A stretch of 64,000 bases of DNA from Paraspadella gotoi. Lineage: Eukaryota > Animalia > Chaetognatha. The number at the start of each line of letters is the position of its first letter. Position 1 is the stretch's first letter. The DNA is taken from positions 578,019-642,018 of the forward strand of contig CM119263.1 of NCBI GenBank assembly GCA_051294375.1, read 5' to 3'. This document shows positions 50,401 to 63,939 of this stretch, in pieces. Position numbers and translations under genes: made by a program. The notes beneath the pieces were generated by a model. It did no database searches and was not told where the DNA came from. It saw only the letters and a program-made list of their open reading frames with translations.

Positions 50401-52689
50401 CCGTCGCCGTCGCCGTCGTCGTCATCGTCGTCGTCGCGTCGTTGTCTTTGGGGTCACGAAGGGAAAAACAAGGAGGATGAGGACAGGTGCCGACAGGTGT
50501 CGCTTGAAAGCTCGGAGGTGACCAAAAAAAAATGGCGAAGAGGGAATAGATAGGACAGGGAAAAGTGCTCGGTCAAATTGAGTTTAGTTTAGTTATTAAA
50601 ATTGATATGAACACACAAAAATTATCCATTCATACAAAATAAAAAAAGCCTTGATGGGTTTAGGCCTCTCGATCCTTAAACGAGGTAAGAGACCCTACAG
50701 ACGGACGGGCAGACAGACAGCGAGATCCTGTAAACAGACGGACAGACAGACGGCGAAATCCTGTAAACTTTAAATAGACAATCTCAAAGTCTAGTAATGA
50801 CGCCTCGAGTATCTGGCTTCCTATCAAGTCAAGTGTGTAATGAATGTTTCAAGCATGCGTATTGACTGTTCGCGACATGAGTAACCGACTGTCCCGCCAT
50901 GCGTCACCGACTGTTCCCGCCATGCGTCACAGGTCGAGAAATCTTCTCAGAATTTTTCCCCCTTTCCTTCGTCTTGAGATTTCGATTTTGAAAAGCGAGT
51001 TGAATTCTCAAAGTAAATAAACCGAATGTTTTGTTTGTGTCGATTCTTTAGCGATTTGTTTATCTTCCGAGTTATATTTCGTGTAAACGGATCGAGATTG
51101 GCATCGTTGAGTCTTCAAAGGAGAAGACTTAAAAAAAGAATCACGCGTCTGACGTCGTGGAGTAGTCCTCGTCGACGCCATTGGACGCCCGAGTTCCTCA
51201 TCGTTTTGATTAGTTTAACATTCTTTAACTTTTTGCATGTCGATAAAACGCAAAGAAATTGTTAGTTAGTTCACTTATTAATTCTTGGCTATTGTCGCTG
51301 ATGAGCAGATAGGAAGACATCGCTATTAAAATTAAGTTGCAAATTGCTCGGATTGGATCATCAGGTTGAATTAGGAAACTCATGACGACCTTGAGAAGAA
51401 AATCCTTCCTTTAATTGTCGGCAAAGATGGAAAAATAAAGTGAATTGAGAAGAATTTATTCTTAATTTTAATCTTTCTGACAATTACATATTTCATACAT
51501 GTCAGTATTCTTTATTTTATTCTAATTCTAATTTCATTCTTAATTTAAAACTTTCTGATGGAATCAATTCATACGATCTATCCCATAAAATTCCAATTTT
51601 TTTTTTTATTTGTTAAAAGATAGTTTTCAACTTACCTAATTACTCCGTCCTTTACCTTGACAGAACCACGACCCTACCGACCTGATCGTCTGCAATCATC
51701 TCTCCCTGTCCTCTTTTTTCTTTCGCTTCTCATCTTTTTTTTATTCTTTTTCATCAAAGAAGAGATTTTTCTCTGCTTTCGTTTCATCAGAGATAAGGAG
51801 ACACTCCTCATCATCTCTTTTCCTTTTTTTATTTCTTATTTCTTTCCTTCTCTACCCCCTTCCTCCCTCTCTCACTTCCTCCTTCCCTCTCTTTTTTCCC
51901 CCTTCCTCTTCTTGTCTTCCTCCTCGCCCCCCCTCTCTATCCCCTTACCTCCCCCTCTCTCACTTCTTCCTTCCCTCTCCTTTTTCCCCCTCCCTCTAAC
52001 TATTCCTCTCCCTTTCTCTCCCTCTTCCCCCACCTCTCTCTCTCCTCTCTGCTCTCTTTCCCCCTCCCTGCCTCTCTCTCTTCCTCTTCTCCTTCTCTCT
52101 TCCACCCCTCTCTCCTCTCTCTCTCCTCTTCTCCCCCTCCCTCCCGCTCTCCCCTCACCCCCTCCCTCTCTCCCTCCCATCCCAATTTCGCTCGATTTTC
52201 TTCTCTTTTCCTTTCACACGATGTTTTGGGTTTTGAGCGCTCCTCTCTTGTTCTGTCTCTCTCTCTTTCTTCTGTCTCTCTTTTTTTCTCTCTCTCTCTT
52301 CTCTCCTCTCTCTCTCTTCTCTCTCTCTCTCTCTTCTCTTCTCTCTCTCTCGCTGTCATAACATCTCCTTAGACGTTGTGAAAATAAGAAGTTCCATTCT
52401 CCTTGAGGCAATCGGTGACTTTTATTCCGCGTTGATCTCCAGCGGATTCGACATCATACACTTTAGATAAAACATCAAAAAAAACAAATTTTCATCCAGA
52501 AAATCAAATCTGAAAAGAAAAACGAACAAAACAAAGGCCCATGACAAAACATTGAAGAAAACACGATATCCTTTTTTTATATTTCGTTTTTCTTGTGAAA
52601 CTGTGAATTCTGATTGTGATTGTGATTCTGTTGTGAAGGAGGAAAGAGAAAGAAAAGCAGGAAATGCCGTTTATCCGGTGTGCGTGATA

Positions 52690-52726
<37 letters not shown>

Positions 52727-52727
52727 A

Positions 52728-52791
<64 letters not shown>

Positions 52792-53241
52792 GCGCCCTAG
52801 GGGTCTTCGGCGATCCGTCGGCCGACGATAGTCAAAGTAATTTCGCTTCTCTTCTGGACGGGAAGCCTCATGATTCCCTCCTTTCTTCCTTATTTCTCCT
52901 TTTCTTCTTCTTGCTTGCCCTGCTTGCTTGCTTGCTTACTTCCTTGTTTAATTTCTTTCTTTTTATCTTCCTTTCTTTTTTATCTTTCTTTCTTTCATTC
53001 TTCATTTCTTTCAGTTTTTCTTTCTTTCTTTTCCTTTTCTTTATTTTTTTCTCTTGGTCAAAATTAAAAATAAAATAAACAGCTTTATTTTTTAAATTTA
53101 ATTCCAGCGAAGAAAATTAACTGTATAAATGCGTTTATTATGATAATAATGTTTTGAATTCGATCATCCATATTCCGAAACGCCTCTTTTTATGAAAGAA
53201 TCATTCGTTGTCAATACTGACGAGGACGACGACGACGATGA

Positions 53242-53272
<31 letters not shown>

Positions 53273-54571
53273 TCGATAAAAAATAAATAAACAAATTTAA
53301 AATTTTATTGCAAAATTTATATTTTATTATTCATGGTTTTTAAAGTAAATGAATTATTTTTTTCTATTAAAATTAAAAATACATACATAACGGATTTGTT
53401 TTACATAATAGTGATTTCCGTGCCAGACTTGTTTGTATTAATCGGTAAAAAAAAGGGGCTAAATAATACCCCTGATGCACCATAAAGAATCAAAAGGCCA
53501 TTTGCGTTCCTATTTTCCTTCCCCCCCCCCACGGCCCTGCGATTGTTCTTTTTTCTTTTTCCTCTCGATTCTCGTCGCTCATCCAGCGGACCAAGATTGT
53601 GTCGCTTAGCTGAGGTCGAAAGGCGTCGAGGAAACTAATATTTCTCCTTGAGACGAAGAGTAGTCAGACAAAAGGGTACCATCAGGAGTTTGGCAACAAA
53701 AAAACGGCCGCGAGAAAGAAAGATTAAGGCGGTTGGGGAAATCAGCCGGGTAAGTGAGGATCTGTGTTGAAGTTGCAAGGGTAAGTTACAACGAGGAAAG
53801 TGAGAAGGAAAAAAAAGGGTAGGGATAGAATAAAGTGAAAAAGAAAGATGGATATGAAGTGGCTTATGAGCAGAACGTTATCACTTTCTCCTCTCTTCGT
53901 CTCTGCTCTCTCTCTCTCTTTTCTCTCTCATCGTCTCTCACTCTCTCTCTCTCTTCTCTTATTCCTTTCCTTTCCAGAGGCGTTCTCTTCTAACTTTTAT
54001 TCATACTTATATATGTACTTTCCTTCCACGATTTGTTTTCAAAAATTTTTTACCACAACTTCGCTAAATTTTTTAAAACTTTTGCGTTTAAAAAAAATAA
54101 CGAGTATCTCTCTCCTATCTCTGCCCCCCCTCAAGTCCGNNNNNNNNNNNNNNNNNNNNNNNNNGAGAGGCGAGTGAGAGGCGAGTGAGAGGTAAGTGAG
54201 AGGCGACTGAGAGGCGAATGAGAGGCGAGTGAGAGGCGAATGAGAGGCGAATGAGAGGCGGTTGTGATAACTCCCACGAGTTTAGTCTTGACGCGTGAGA
54301 AAGCGACGAATGAGGACGAAGAGGAGGAGGTGAAAGAGGGAGGGGGGAAGCTGGAGTGTCCTGGATCGCGTTGCAGAGGGAGAGTGGCCAAGGAGATGTC
54401 TTGGAGTGGCAATAGGTCTGCGCTCGAGTGTCGCGGGACTCGGCAGTGACCGCTGGAGTGAACGCGAACGGAGCTTTGTGACGATTTGTGACAGTGAAAA
54501 AAATCGTGAACGAACTCACGAACCCACAGCATCAAAACACGATTTATCATATTCGTCGTGTATGCAAAATT

Positions 54572-54634
<63 letters not shown>

Positions 54635-55168
54635 TTCTTTGCTCTCAAAAAGATTTTACGACCGATCTCGAAGTTGAGAGTAAACTCTTCATGAGTCGAT
54701 TACTATTAACATTGATTTTTAATCTTATTCCATTTATTATTTATTACTTATTCTTGATCTATTGAATATTTAACTGTTTATTTGTGCTGCTCTATCTTTC
54801 TCCTCCCCAAAATGATAAAAATACAAGACTGACCGACTTAAAGAGACGCGAGTCGCGACTGAAAATATCGTGTTTTTTTCTTCGTAACTAAGTAACTAGG
54901 TTTAGCCTTGGGTTTAATGTGACAGAAGAAAGTGAGGTACGACGAAAGGAGGAAGGAAGGAAGCAAACGATATTTTAAAGGAAGAAATGAGTTTAAGTTG
55001 TTTTTTTTTTTCGATGACTAATTATCGCTTATTCGATATGAAAAAGAAGTTAAAGTACACACCGGATATTTGTACTACTATTCTTTTCAAAATATCTATG
55101 TCTAAGATTTATTACAATGATATTTGCGGAAAGAAAGTAAGAGAAGTCATGAAAAAGTTTGACTCTTT

Positions 55169-55250
<82 letters not shown>

Positions 55251-56907
55251 GTCTATCTATCTATCTATCTATCTTTCTATCTATCTATCTATCTATCTAT
55301 CTCAAAGAGACCGAGGGTCTTGGCCAGAGAAATTGGTTTAACCTCGAGTCGCTCTTTCCACGGGCGAGGGGCGAGAGGGGAGGCAGAGGCGTGCCCAAAT
55401 TTTCTTCGCGGTTCGTCCTTGTTGGGGCCGCGTCTGCTTCCCTGCGGCGACACCTGGAGTGAATTACCTGTTTCCATGGCGACGACGAGACAGATGAAAG
55501 AGAAGACGACGACGACGACGACGACGACGACGACAGCGTAAGCGATAGAAAATGATGTGAAAAAAGATAATGAAAAGAGACGAAAACAAAGACAACTTGC
55601 AATGACAACGTTATAGAAAATGAGAGAAGCTGATAATGACCAAAATGAATGACGAAAATGCTGTTAAATTATAGTTAAATAATTTGTTCTTAACAAATGA
55701 CAATAAATGTAGTTTCAAGATAATTCTCAAAGAGTAAAGAGAGAGAAAAGCAAAGGGTAAAACGACGCGCAGTATTTCTCGGAAATGATAAGAATTCGAA
55801 AACAATGTGTTGCGCCGCAGTGACTTTATTTTCACGTGTATTTTTCGTGACATGATATGACATAACGTGACATGACATGACGCGACATGATATGACTACA
55901 TGCCTACAAAATCTTGCTTAGCCTGTGTTTTTATGACACATCGGAATTCCGTCTTTTATTCTTTATAGTTTTAGAATTTACTGAAAGCGGCGCTAGCAGT
56001 CTCTTAGATTTGAGGTTTTTTTCTGTCTTAACGAATGAGCAACTAACTATAGGCAAATTATGCGCATTTGTAACATAAATGGAACAGACTGACGGAGAGA
56101 CATACCAGAGTTGCTCCGAGAGTACTCGCGGCTAAAAACTAAAAACATTGCGAGGCTAATTTTGCTCGAGTTCTTTCCTCAGCCCCTCAGCCACTCCTCT
56201 CCCTCTTTTTCGATTCTGTTTGACTGGACTTGAGTTCACCCGTTCCAGGTTCACGGGTTCAGAAGGATCGACCGAGTTCACAGTGACTCCATTCTCAATC
56301 GCTGAGGAAAATTGAGTGAAATCTCACTTGAAATTTAGCGGAGTGAACAACAATAAGGAAAATCAAATCCTTTATTAATCAAAAGAAAAAAAAAGACAAA
56401 GAAAAGACAAAGAAACCGCAAAAATATATTGAAAATACATAGCGAGTATAAATGTACATAATGGGATGTAATAGTTAAAGTTAAAGAGTTTAAAAAACAT
56501 TTTCATTATGCCGTTAGCATCTATATTTTTATGAATATTGAGTACACTAGTATCGCAGCTAAATAAATTATCGTACCTTTTTTTTAAAATTATCGACATT
56601 TTCCTGAGGTCATCAGGAAAAAGGGAAAGTTATTACTGCATAATAGTAATAATTAAAGGTAAGTGTTAGCCCCGCCGCGAAGTTAACTGACCAGGATGGC
56701 TTCCTTCGATTAAGTAATGTAAATAAACAAATCCTTGGATGAAGATTCCTGGGTTTAATAGTGAACCGATTCCGTAGTGAGATTCCGTCAAGTGCGCTCA
56801 ACTCAGAATTTTATTTTTTCTTTCTTTTCGAATTTTTATTTTTATTTAAAAAAAAAACATTTCCAGATTTTCTTGAGCAGTCTTGGTTTTTAGATTTGAA
56901 GTCGTTT

Positions 56908-57031
<124 letters not shown>

Positions 57032-57035
57032 TCAC

Positions 57036-57095
57036 CAACCTCTCCGACCACATTTTCTGTCATTGTTGGCGCCAGTTGTGGAAATCCAGGGCAAT
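57036..57095 (-). CDS. Candidate 60-nt exon (duplicate at 58987-59046)
   Basis: tttcag|attgccctgg...gaggttg|gtgag; open in two frames (CPGFPQLAPTMTENVVGEV or LPWISTTGANNDRKCGRRG). Confidence 0.5.
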
Positions 57096-57624
57096 CTGAA
57101 ATAAAGGAAAAGGAAAAATCTTTTCATCAAAAGGGAAAACCAGTGGTAGCCCCATTAATTGTCCTTCTCATTTATGGGTTTCAAAGAAAATGCTAATTTG
57201 ATTAACATGTCATTTGGTGAGGGGAAACGTTAAGTAAATTAAAAAAAAGTTTGAAAAAAAATTGAAAAAACATTTTAAGCCCAAGTGAGTACTTGGCAAA
57301 AATGTTAGAACTTAGAAGAAAATCAGAAAATAAAGAGAAAAGATACTTTATGATATCGAATCGGTGGCGATCTAAAAAGTAAACGGTTGTATTTAAAGAT
57401 ATTTTTAAAAATGAGCCAATGAAAATATAAGTAATGAAAAATAAAATATGAGGTGAAGAAAAAAATCCTTTCCGGTTGAAGGCGAAAGTAAATCAACCTT
57501 TTTTAAATTAACTCATATCAATCGATGAGTAATTATAAAAAAAAAAGAGTTTACTTAATCTAATGAAAAAAAGGAGCTTATCTTCTTTCACTTTCTCTTT
57601 TTCTCTTTTTCTCTCTAATTCTCT

Positions 57625-57666
<42 letters not shown>

Positions 57667-57924
57667 ATCTCTCCTCTCTCCTCTCTCTCTCTCTTCTCCT
57701 CTCTGGTGTGTCTCTCTTTTCAATACCAAGTATTCCTTCTCATATATATTAATAAAGACAAAATAACAACCCACAAGGAAGTAGTTTATATCTTTTTAAA
57801 TTGCGTTCGTTCTCTCTCCTCTCTCTCTCCTCTCTCTCGTCTCTCTCTCTTTTCTTCTCTTCTTTTCTTCCTCTCCTCTCTCTATCTCTTTCTCTCTCTC
57901 TCCTCTCTCTTCTCTCTCTCTCTC

Positions 57925-57965
<41 letters not shown>

Positions 57966-58080
57966 CTCTCTCTCTTCTTCTCCCTCTCATCGCTCTCTCC
58001 TCTCTCTCCCTCTCTCTCTCTCTCCTTCTTTTCTCCCCTCTCTCTCTTCTCTCTCTCATCTTTCTCTCTCTTCTCTCTCT

Positions 58081-58126
<46 letters not shown>

Positions 58127-58463
58127 TCCTTCTCTCTCTCTCTCTCTCTCACCTATTGCTCCTTGTCACGGCGCCCCTTCTCTTCTTCATTTCCGTCGCC
58201 ACCAAATTTTGGCGTCGACATTGCCAAGCGGTCACGTCATTTCTTCGCGCCAACGCCACCGCGTCATTTGTGTGGCGTGGCTCTTTTGACCTCGAGTTGA
58301 AGCGACGCTTTAGAGTGACGGCGTGGCGTGGGCGTCGTGGCGTGTGTCGAGGCAGGCGCCGTCGTCGTCGTCTCTTCCTTGTTGTTGTTGTTGTTGCTCT
58401 TCCTCCCTCGAAGACGATTGAGAGAGATGAAGAGCGATTACGAGACGGAAGAAAGCCTGAGAG

Positions 58464-58526
<63 letters not shown>

Positions 58527-58528
58527 TA

Positions 58529-58579
<51 letters not shown>

Positions 58580-58635
58580 AGAAAGAGAGAGATGACTGAT
58601 CAAAATCTACTTAAGAAGAAGTTTAATATTCATCA

Positions 58636-58670
<35 letters not shown>

Positions 58671-58895
58671 CTTTTNNNNNNNNNNNNNNNNNNNNNNNNN
58701 AATAATTGTAAATAAACAAATCCTTGGATGAAGATTCCTGGGTTTAATAGTGAACCGATTCCGTAGTGAGATTCCGTCAAGTGCGCTCAACTCAGAATTT
58801 TATTTTTTCTTTCTTTTCGAATTTTTATTTTTATTTAAAAAAAAAACATTTCAGATTTTCTTGAGCAGTCTTGGTTTTTAGATTTGAAGTCGTTT

Positions 58896-58974
<79 letters not shown>

Positions 58975-59567
58975 AGAGAGTCTCACCAACCTCTCCGACC
59001 ACATTTTCTGTCATTGTTGGCGCCAGTTGTGGAAATCCAGGGCAATCTGAAATAAAGGAAAAGGAAAATCTTTTCATCAAAAGGGAAAACCAGTGGTAGC
59101 CCCATTAATTGTCCTTCTCATTTATGGGTTTCAAAGAAAATGCTAATTTGATTAACATGTCATTTGGTGAGGGGAAACGTTAAGTAAATTAAAAAAAGTT
59201 TGAAAAAAAATTGAAAAAACATTTTAAGCCCAAGTGAGTACTTGGCAAAAATGTTAGAACTTAGAAGAAAATCAGAAAATAAGAGAAAAGATACTTTATG
59301 ATATCGAATCGGTGGCGATCTAAAAAGTAAACGGTTGTATTTAAAGATATTTTTAAAAATGAGCCAATGAAAATATAAGTAATGAAAAATAAAATATGAG
59401 GTGAAGAAAAAAATCCTTTCCGGTTGAAGGCGAAAGTAAATCAACCTTTTTTAAATTAACTCATATCAATCGATGAGTAATTATAAAAAAAAAAGAGTTT
59501 ACTTAATCTAATGAAAAAAAGGAGCTTATCTTCTTTCACTTTCTCTTTTTCTCTTTTTCTCTCTAAT

Positions 59568-59605
<38 letters not shown>

Positions 59606-59620
59606 CTCTCTCTCTTCTCT

Positions 59621-59665
<45 letters not shown>

Positions 59666-59774
59666 GCTCTGTGTGTCTCTCTTTTCAATACCAAGTATTC
59701 CTTCTCATATATAATTAATAAAGACAAATTACACCCACAAGGAAGTAGTTTATATCTTTTTAAATTGCGTTCGT

Positions 59775-59818
<44 letters not shown>

Positions 59819-59841
59819 TTCTCCTCTCTCTCTCTATCTCT

Positions 59842-59903
<62 letters not shown>

Positions 59904-60081
59904 CTCTCTCTCTCTCTTTCCCCTCCCTCTCCTCTCTCTCTCTCTCTCCCTCTCTCTCTCTCTCCTTCTCTCTTTCTCCTCTCTCTCTCTCTCTCTCTTT
60001 CTTTCTCTCTCTCTCTCTCTCTCTCCTCTCTCCTCTCTCTCTCTCTCTCTCTCTCCCTCTCCTTCTCTCTCTCTCTCTCAC

Positions 60082-60378
60082 TATTGCTCCTTGTCACGGC
60101 GCCCCTTCTCTTCTTCATTCGTCGCCACCAAATTTTGGCGTCGACATTGCAAGCGGTCACGTCATTTCTTCGCGCCAACGCCACCGCGTCATTTTGTGGC
60201 GTGGCTCTTTTGACTCCGAGTTGAAGCGACGCTTTAGAGTGACGGCGTGGCGTGGCGTCGTGGCGCTGTGTCGAGGCAGGCGCCGTCGTCGTCGTCTTCC
60301 CTTGTTGTTGTTGTTGTTGCCTCTTCCTCCTCGAAGACGATTGAGAGAGATGAAGAGCGATTACGAGACGGAGAAAGC
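60082..60378 (-). CDS. Gene B candidate exon, indel-noisy (duplicate at ~58153-58456)
   Basis: (CT)n cag|G CTT TCT CCG...: phase-2 start matches the previous exon. Reads LSPSRNRSSSLSIVFEEEEATTTTTR... The gtgag donor is intact in the 58.15 kb copy. Frames differ between the two copies. Confidence 0.5.
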
Positions 60379-60380
60379 CT

Positions 60381-60509
<129 letters not shown>

Positions 60510-60604
60510 TGACTGATCAAAATCTACTTAAGAAGAAGTTTAATCTCAATTATTTCGCCGAAAGAAATTGTGACATCAGATTTTATTTATGAAGCTTTCT
60601 CTCG

Positions 60605-60696
<92 letters not shown>

Positions 60697-60959
60697 ACTC
60701 TCTCTCAACCAAAGGCAAATGATGAATAATAAGGAAAGCAACTTCTGTTGTCCTTTTGTTTATGTCGAGCTTCAAACGTTTGCTTCCGATTTTATGACAA
60801 CAGATTCTACACAATTACAAGCAAACAAAGGAACGGTCTCTCTCTCTCTCTCTCTCTCTCTGCCAGTTTTTTTTAGCAAACGTTTTTAGCGGTTGACATT
60901 AAAAGTAATTACTGTTTTTTTTTCTTCTTTATGATTATTGTCTTTCATTTGATTCTCAC

Positions 60960-61162
60960 TTTATTTCTCCTGTCATTTCGTTGAATAGAGATCCGATGTG
61001 TTCGAAAGCCGTGAGAAAGTCGCCGCCGCCGCCGCTGCCGGGCGTCGAACGCCGGGACGAGGCGGCGTCGATGGCACCGACGCCAAAAGCAGAGATGGCG
61101 CCGATGTCGTCGTCCTTTGAAGCGGAAAGGCGTCGCATCGTTTCCCGCTTCTTTTTCAAATT
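60960..61162 (-). CDS. Gene B internal exon
   Basis: (CT)n cag|AAT...AA|gtgaga; 203 nt, phase 0-2, NLKKKRETMRRLSASKDDDIGAISAFGVGAIDAASSRRSTPGSGGGGDFLTAFEHIGSLFNEMTGEI. Confidence 0.75.
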
Positions 61163-61267
<105 letters not shown>

Positions 61268-61580
61268 AGAGAGAGTGAGAAAGAAAGAGAGAGAGAAAGA
61301 GAAAAAAAGAAAGAGAGAGAGACTTGAGTTGCCCATCAAAAAATTATGCGCATTTTCCACAGTTTCTGTCTTCAGTTTTTTAAGAATCTCATTTTGAAAA
61401 ACAAGTTTCTCACGATTTTCCGAGTTGAGAGGAAGAGACATTTTCACTTTTTCACACATTCACAACAGATAGTGACTTTCATAATTAGCTTCGTCAAATA
61501 AAAAGAAAAGGCGAACATCCGACAGTACAATAATTTCATTATTCTCATGTGATATTAGATAATATTATTAATATTATTAC

Positions 61581-61646
61581 CTCCGTCAATTCCAACATTT
61601 TCCAGAAGTCTCGACCAAAAGATTCGTAAGGATTCTTTTCTTTAAC
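61581..61646 (-). CDS. Gene B repeat exon 3
   Basis: gacag|GTT...GAG|gtaata; 66 nt, phase 0-0, VKEKNPYESFGRDFWKMLELTE. Confidence 0.72.
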
Positions 61647-61716
61647 CTGTCGAGATGAAAACTCAAAGATGAATGAATGAATTAATTAATTAATTAATTT
61701 TTTTTACATTGTAAAA

Positions 61717-61758
61717 AGCGCTGATGATGGCTCGCATCAGAGCCGAAACATGTCTGCT
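61717..61758 (+). ncRNA. Minimal type I hammerhead ribozyme motif (Penelope-like element type)
   Basis: AGCG-CTGATGA-T-GGCTC-gcatca-GAGCC-GAAAC-AT-GTC-TGCT: catalytic core, 5-bp stem II, palindromic ACATGT stem III, 4-bp stem I (with one G.U pair), GUC cleavage triplet. Confidence 0.7.
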
Positions 61759-61908
61759 ATTGCTAATACAAAAATCGATTACACCATGGTTAAAATTTAG
61801 ACAAATTATAAATACATATCTGATTTTGTGAGGCGAATGCAAAATGATTTGTTGATTTAAATGTGTGATATTGACATTGACATACCGCCACAACATCGCA
61901 ATTTTCAC

Positions 61909-61977
61909 CTTTCGAGTCTCGTCGACCATTTTCCAAAATTCTCCACACATTATTTCCGATTTCTCGTCCTCTTTTTT
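61909..61977 (-). CDS. Gene B repeat exon 2
   Basis: tttcag|AAA...AAG|gtgaaa; 69 nt, phase 0-0, KKEDEKSEIMCGEFWKMVDETRK. Confidence 0.7.
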
Positions 61978-62069
61978 CTGAAAAAAAATAAATCAAAGAA
62001 GAAAAAGAATTAAACTGCAAGATTTTCTCATTTTTTTAAAGATTTTCTATCAAAGACAAAGTGAAGCAC

Positions 62070-62135
62070 CTGCAAAAGTTGCAGCATCTTGAAGAATTCA
62101 CAGATCAATTTTGCTTCATCAGCTCTTTTCGGCTT
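62070..62135 (-). CDS. Gene B repeat exon 1
   Basis: ttccag|AAG...CAG|gtgctt; 66 nt, phase 0-0, KPKRADEAKLICEFFKMLQLLQ. Confidence 0.65.
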
Positions 62136-62767
62136 CTGGAATCAAAGTTAAAAATACCATAAAACGAAATAAAATAAAATAAAATTGTCAGAGTAATGGA
62201 GGCCTTAAACCACCAAAGCCTGTCCAAAGTCAGGGGCAAGATAGCTTATTTATTGAATGAATGGATAATTTTTATATTGGTTGTACTAATTTCATAGACA
62301 AATGAAACATTTTTACGGCATCTTTCTGTAATACCATATAACCATTATAACAAATGATTCAACATAATCTTATTCATAAACAAAAGACATAAGGCGTTTC
62401 AATTCTCTCTTAACTTTTCCTCTCATTTCTCACTTTGCTTCAACCATTCCTTTTTCGATCTCCCGATTTCTCTCTCTTTTCCGCCTAAAATATTCATGGC
62501 CCCCTGGCCGAAAAGACCCGCCATGTTTTACCAGGGCCCCTGGACCCCTCGCCCCCAACACCCCCCCGGCCACGCCCACTAGCGCCTCTCGCCGCCCGGG
62601 ATTAATTTGCGGGGAACTGAAAGTCGACCTCGCGGCCTAATGATAAAAACTTCCATCGGGTCGTGCAAAAGGTCGGCGGATCTATCCCAGGTTATTTCGT
62701 TTTTAAGGCCGAGCCAATATGGGCGTCCGGTATTTCGCACCATAAACGCCTTTTAAAAACCTTGGAA

Positions 62768-62854
62768 AGCGCAAGATGGGGCGCCGAAAGCGCATGCGCA
62801 AGATGGGGCGCCGATTGCGTATGCGCAAGATGGGGCGCCGATTGCGCATGCGCA
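62768..62854. repeat. 27-bp GC-rich tandem repeat x3
   Basis: gcgcaagatggggcgccga(ttgcgcat) units containing the palindrome (T)GCGCATGCGC(A). Confidence 0.85.
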
Positions 62855-63101
62855 GAGTTTTTTTTTAAATCCAATGGATTTCGGAAGTCGTGGGAAGAGA
62901 ATGGGAATTAATGTTAGGTGAGGTCGGAGAGAGGGTAAGTAAGAGACGGATACGTAAGGGAGAGAGAGAGAGAGAGAAAGAGATAAAGAAAGAAGGAAAG
63001 TAAAAAAGATAAAAAGAGATGGAAAGAAAGTTAGAGAGAGAATGGGGTGGAAAGAGACTGGAGGCGAAAAAGAAAGAAAATAAAGAAATACTATGATTAT
63101 A

Positions 63102-63415
63102 CACGGACTTCAATCTGGAGTTATACGAACTTGTTATTTCATCAAAATGGGGAGCGATCGGCTTAAAAATTGTTTTTGACTCAAACAAAATTACTTGAAT
63201 TTTTTCCCCCTCAATTCGTAAAATTCTAGCTAGGATAGTTTCTATGTTATAAAAATTAAATTTCTAAAGAAGCAGCATTATTATATTATATAATATTTCG
63301 TTTATCTTATCAATACTACTCAGTCATAATTGTCACGCTTTTCTTTTAATATCTATTGAAAATAAAAATTTAAACTCAGAAAAAAAATTATAAAAGAGAA
63401 CTTTTTTAAGAAATA

Positions 63416-63498
<83 letters not shown>

Positions 63499-63770
63499 GT
63501 TAACATAGAAAATAGGAGAATTTTTTTGTAATATCAAATTAAGAAAGCGACTTTTTATCACCAAAACCTTTTGTTTTGTTAATTAGCAAGCTTTACAAGC
63601 TTTACAATCAGCGTTAGAAAAGAAGAAAAGAAAAGTGACTGCGCTCTTGAAAGCCACTCTTAGGAAATTTGAATATTTTTTTAAGGTCAACATAAACTAA
63701 TAAATGTTATAAAAATTATATATTTAAGTTTAATCAAGTCTTTTCGTATCACTCCAGATTTAAGTCCCTG
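63102..63770. mobile_element. Tc1/mariner-like MITE (~670 bp, non-coding, internal (AAT)n)
   Basis: 28-bp TIRs, cacggacttcaatctggagttatacgaa versus the reverse complement of ttcgtatcactccagatttaagtccctg (25/28 identical), flanked by TA on both sides. Confidence 0.75.
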
Positions 63771-63839
63771 TATAAACTTTCATGAAATCGCTTCTTTTCT
63801 CTTTTGTCTTTTTTCCATTTTTTCTTTTTTTTCTCCTCT

Positions 63840-63939
<100 letters not shown>

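Larger units (their letters stand above)
38551..56665. repeat. Mosaic of direct and inverted multi-kb copies of one locus (probable mis-assembly)
   Basis: Direct copies: 42830-45680 = +7071; 44790-45680 = +1234; 46025-48302 = +5837 (identical ORFs in the track). Inverted copies: 38942-40160 vs 46945-48210; 43235-44775 vs 48330-49896; 40175-42700 vs 54165-56665; 45283-45597 vs 45706-46023. Confidence 0.92.

Noticed and set aside
62865-63188. 107-aa minus ORF as a further exon of gene B
   Set aside because: It overlaps the MITE terminal inverted repeat and low-complexity sequence, with no convincing splice pair.
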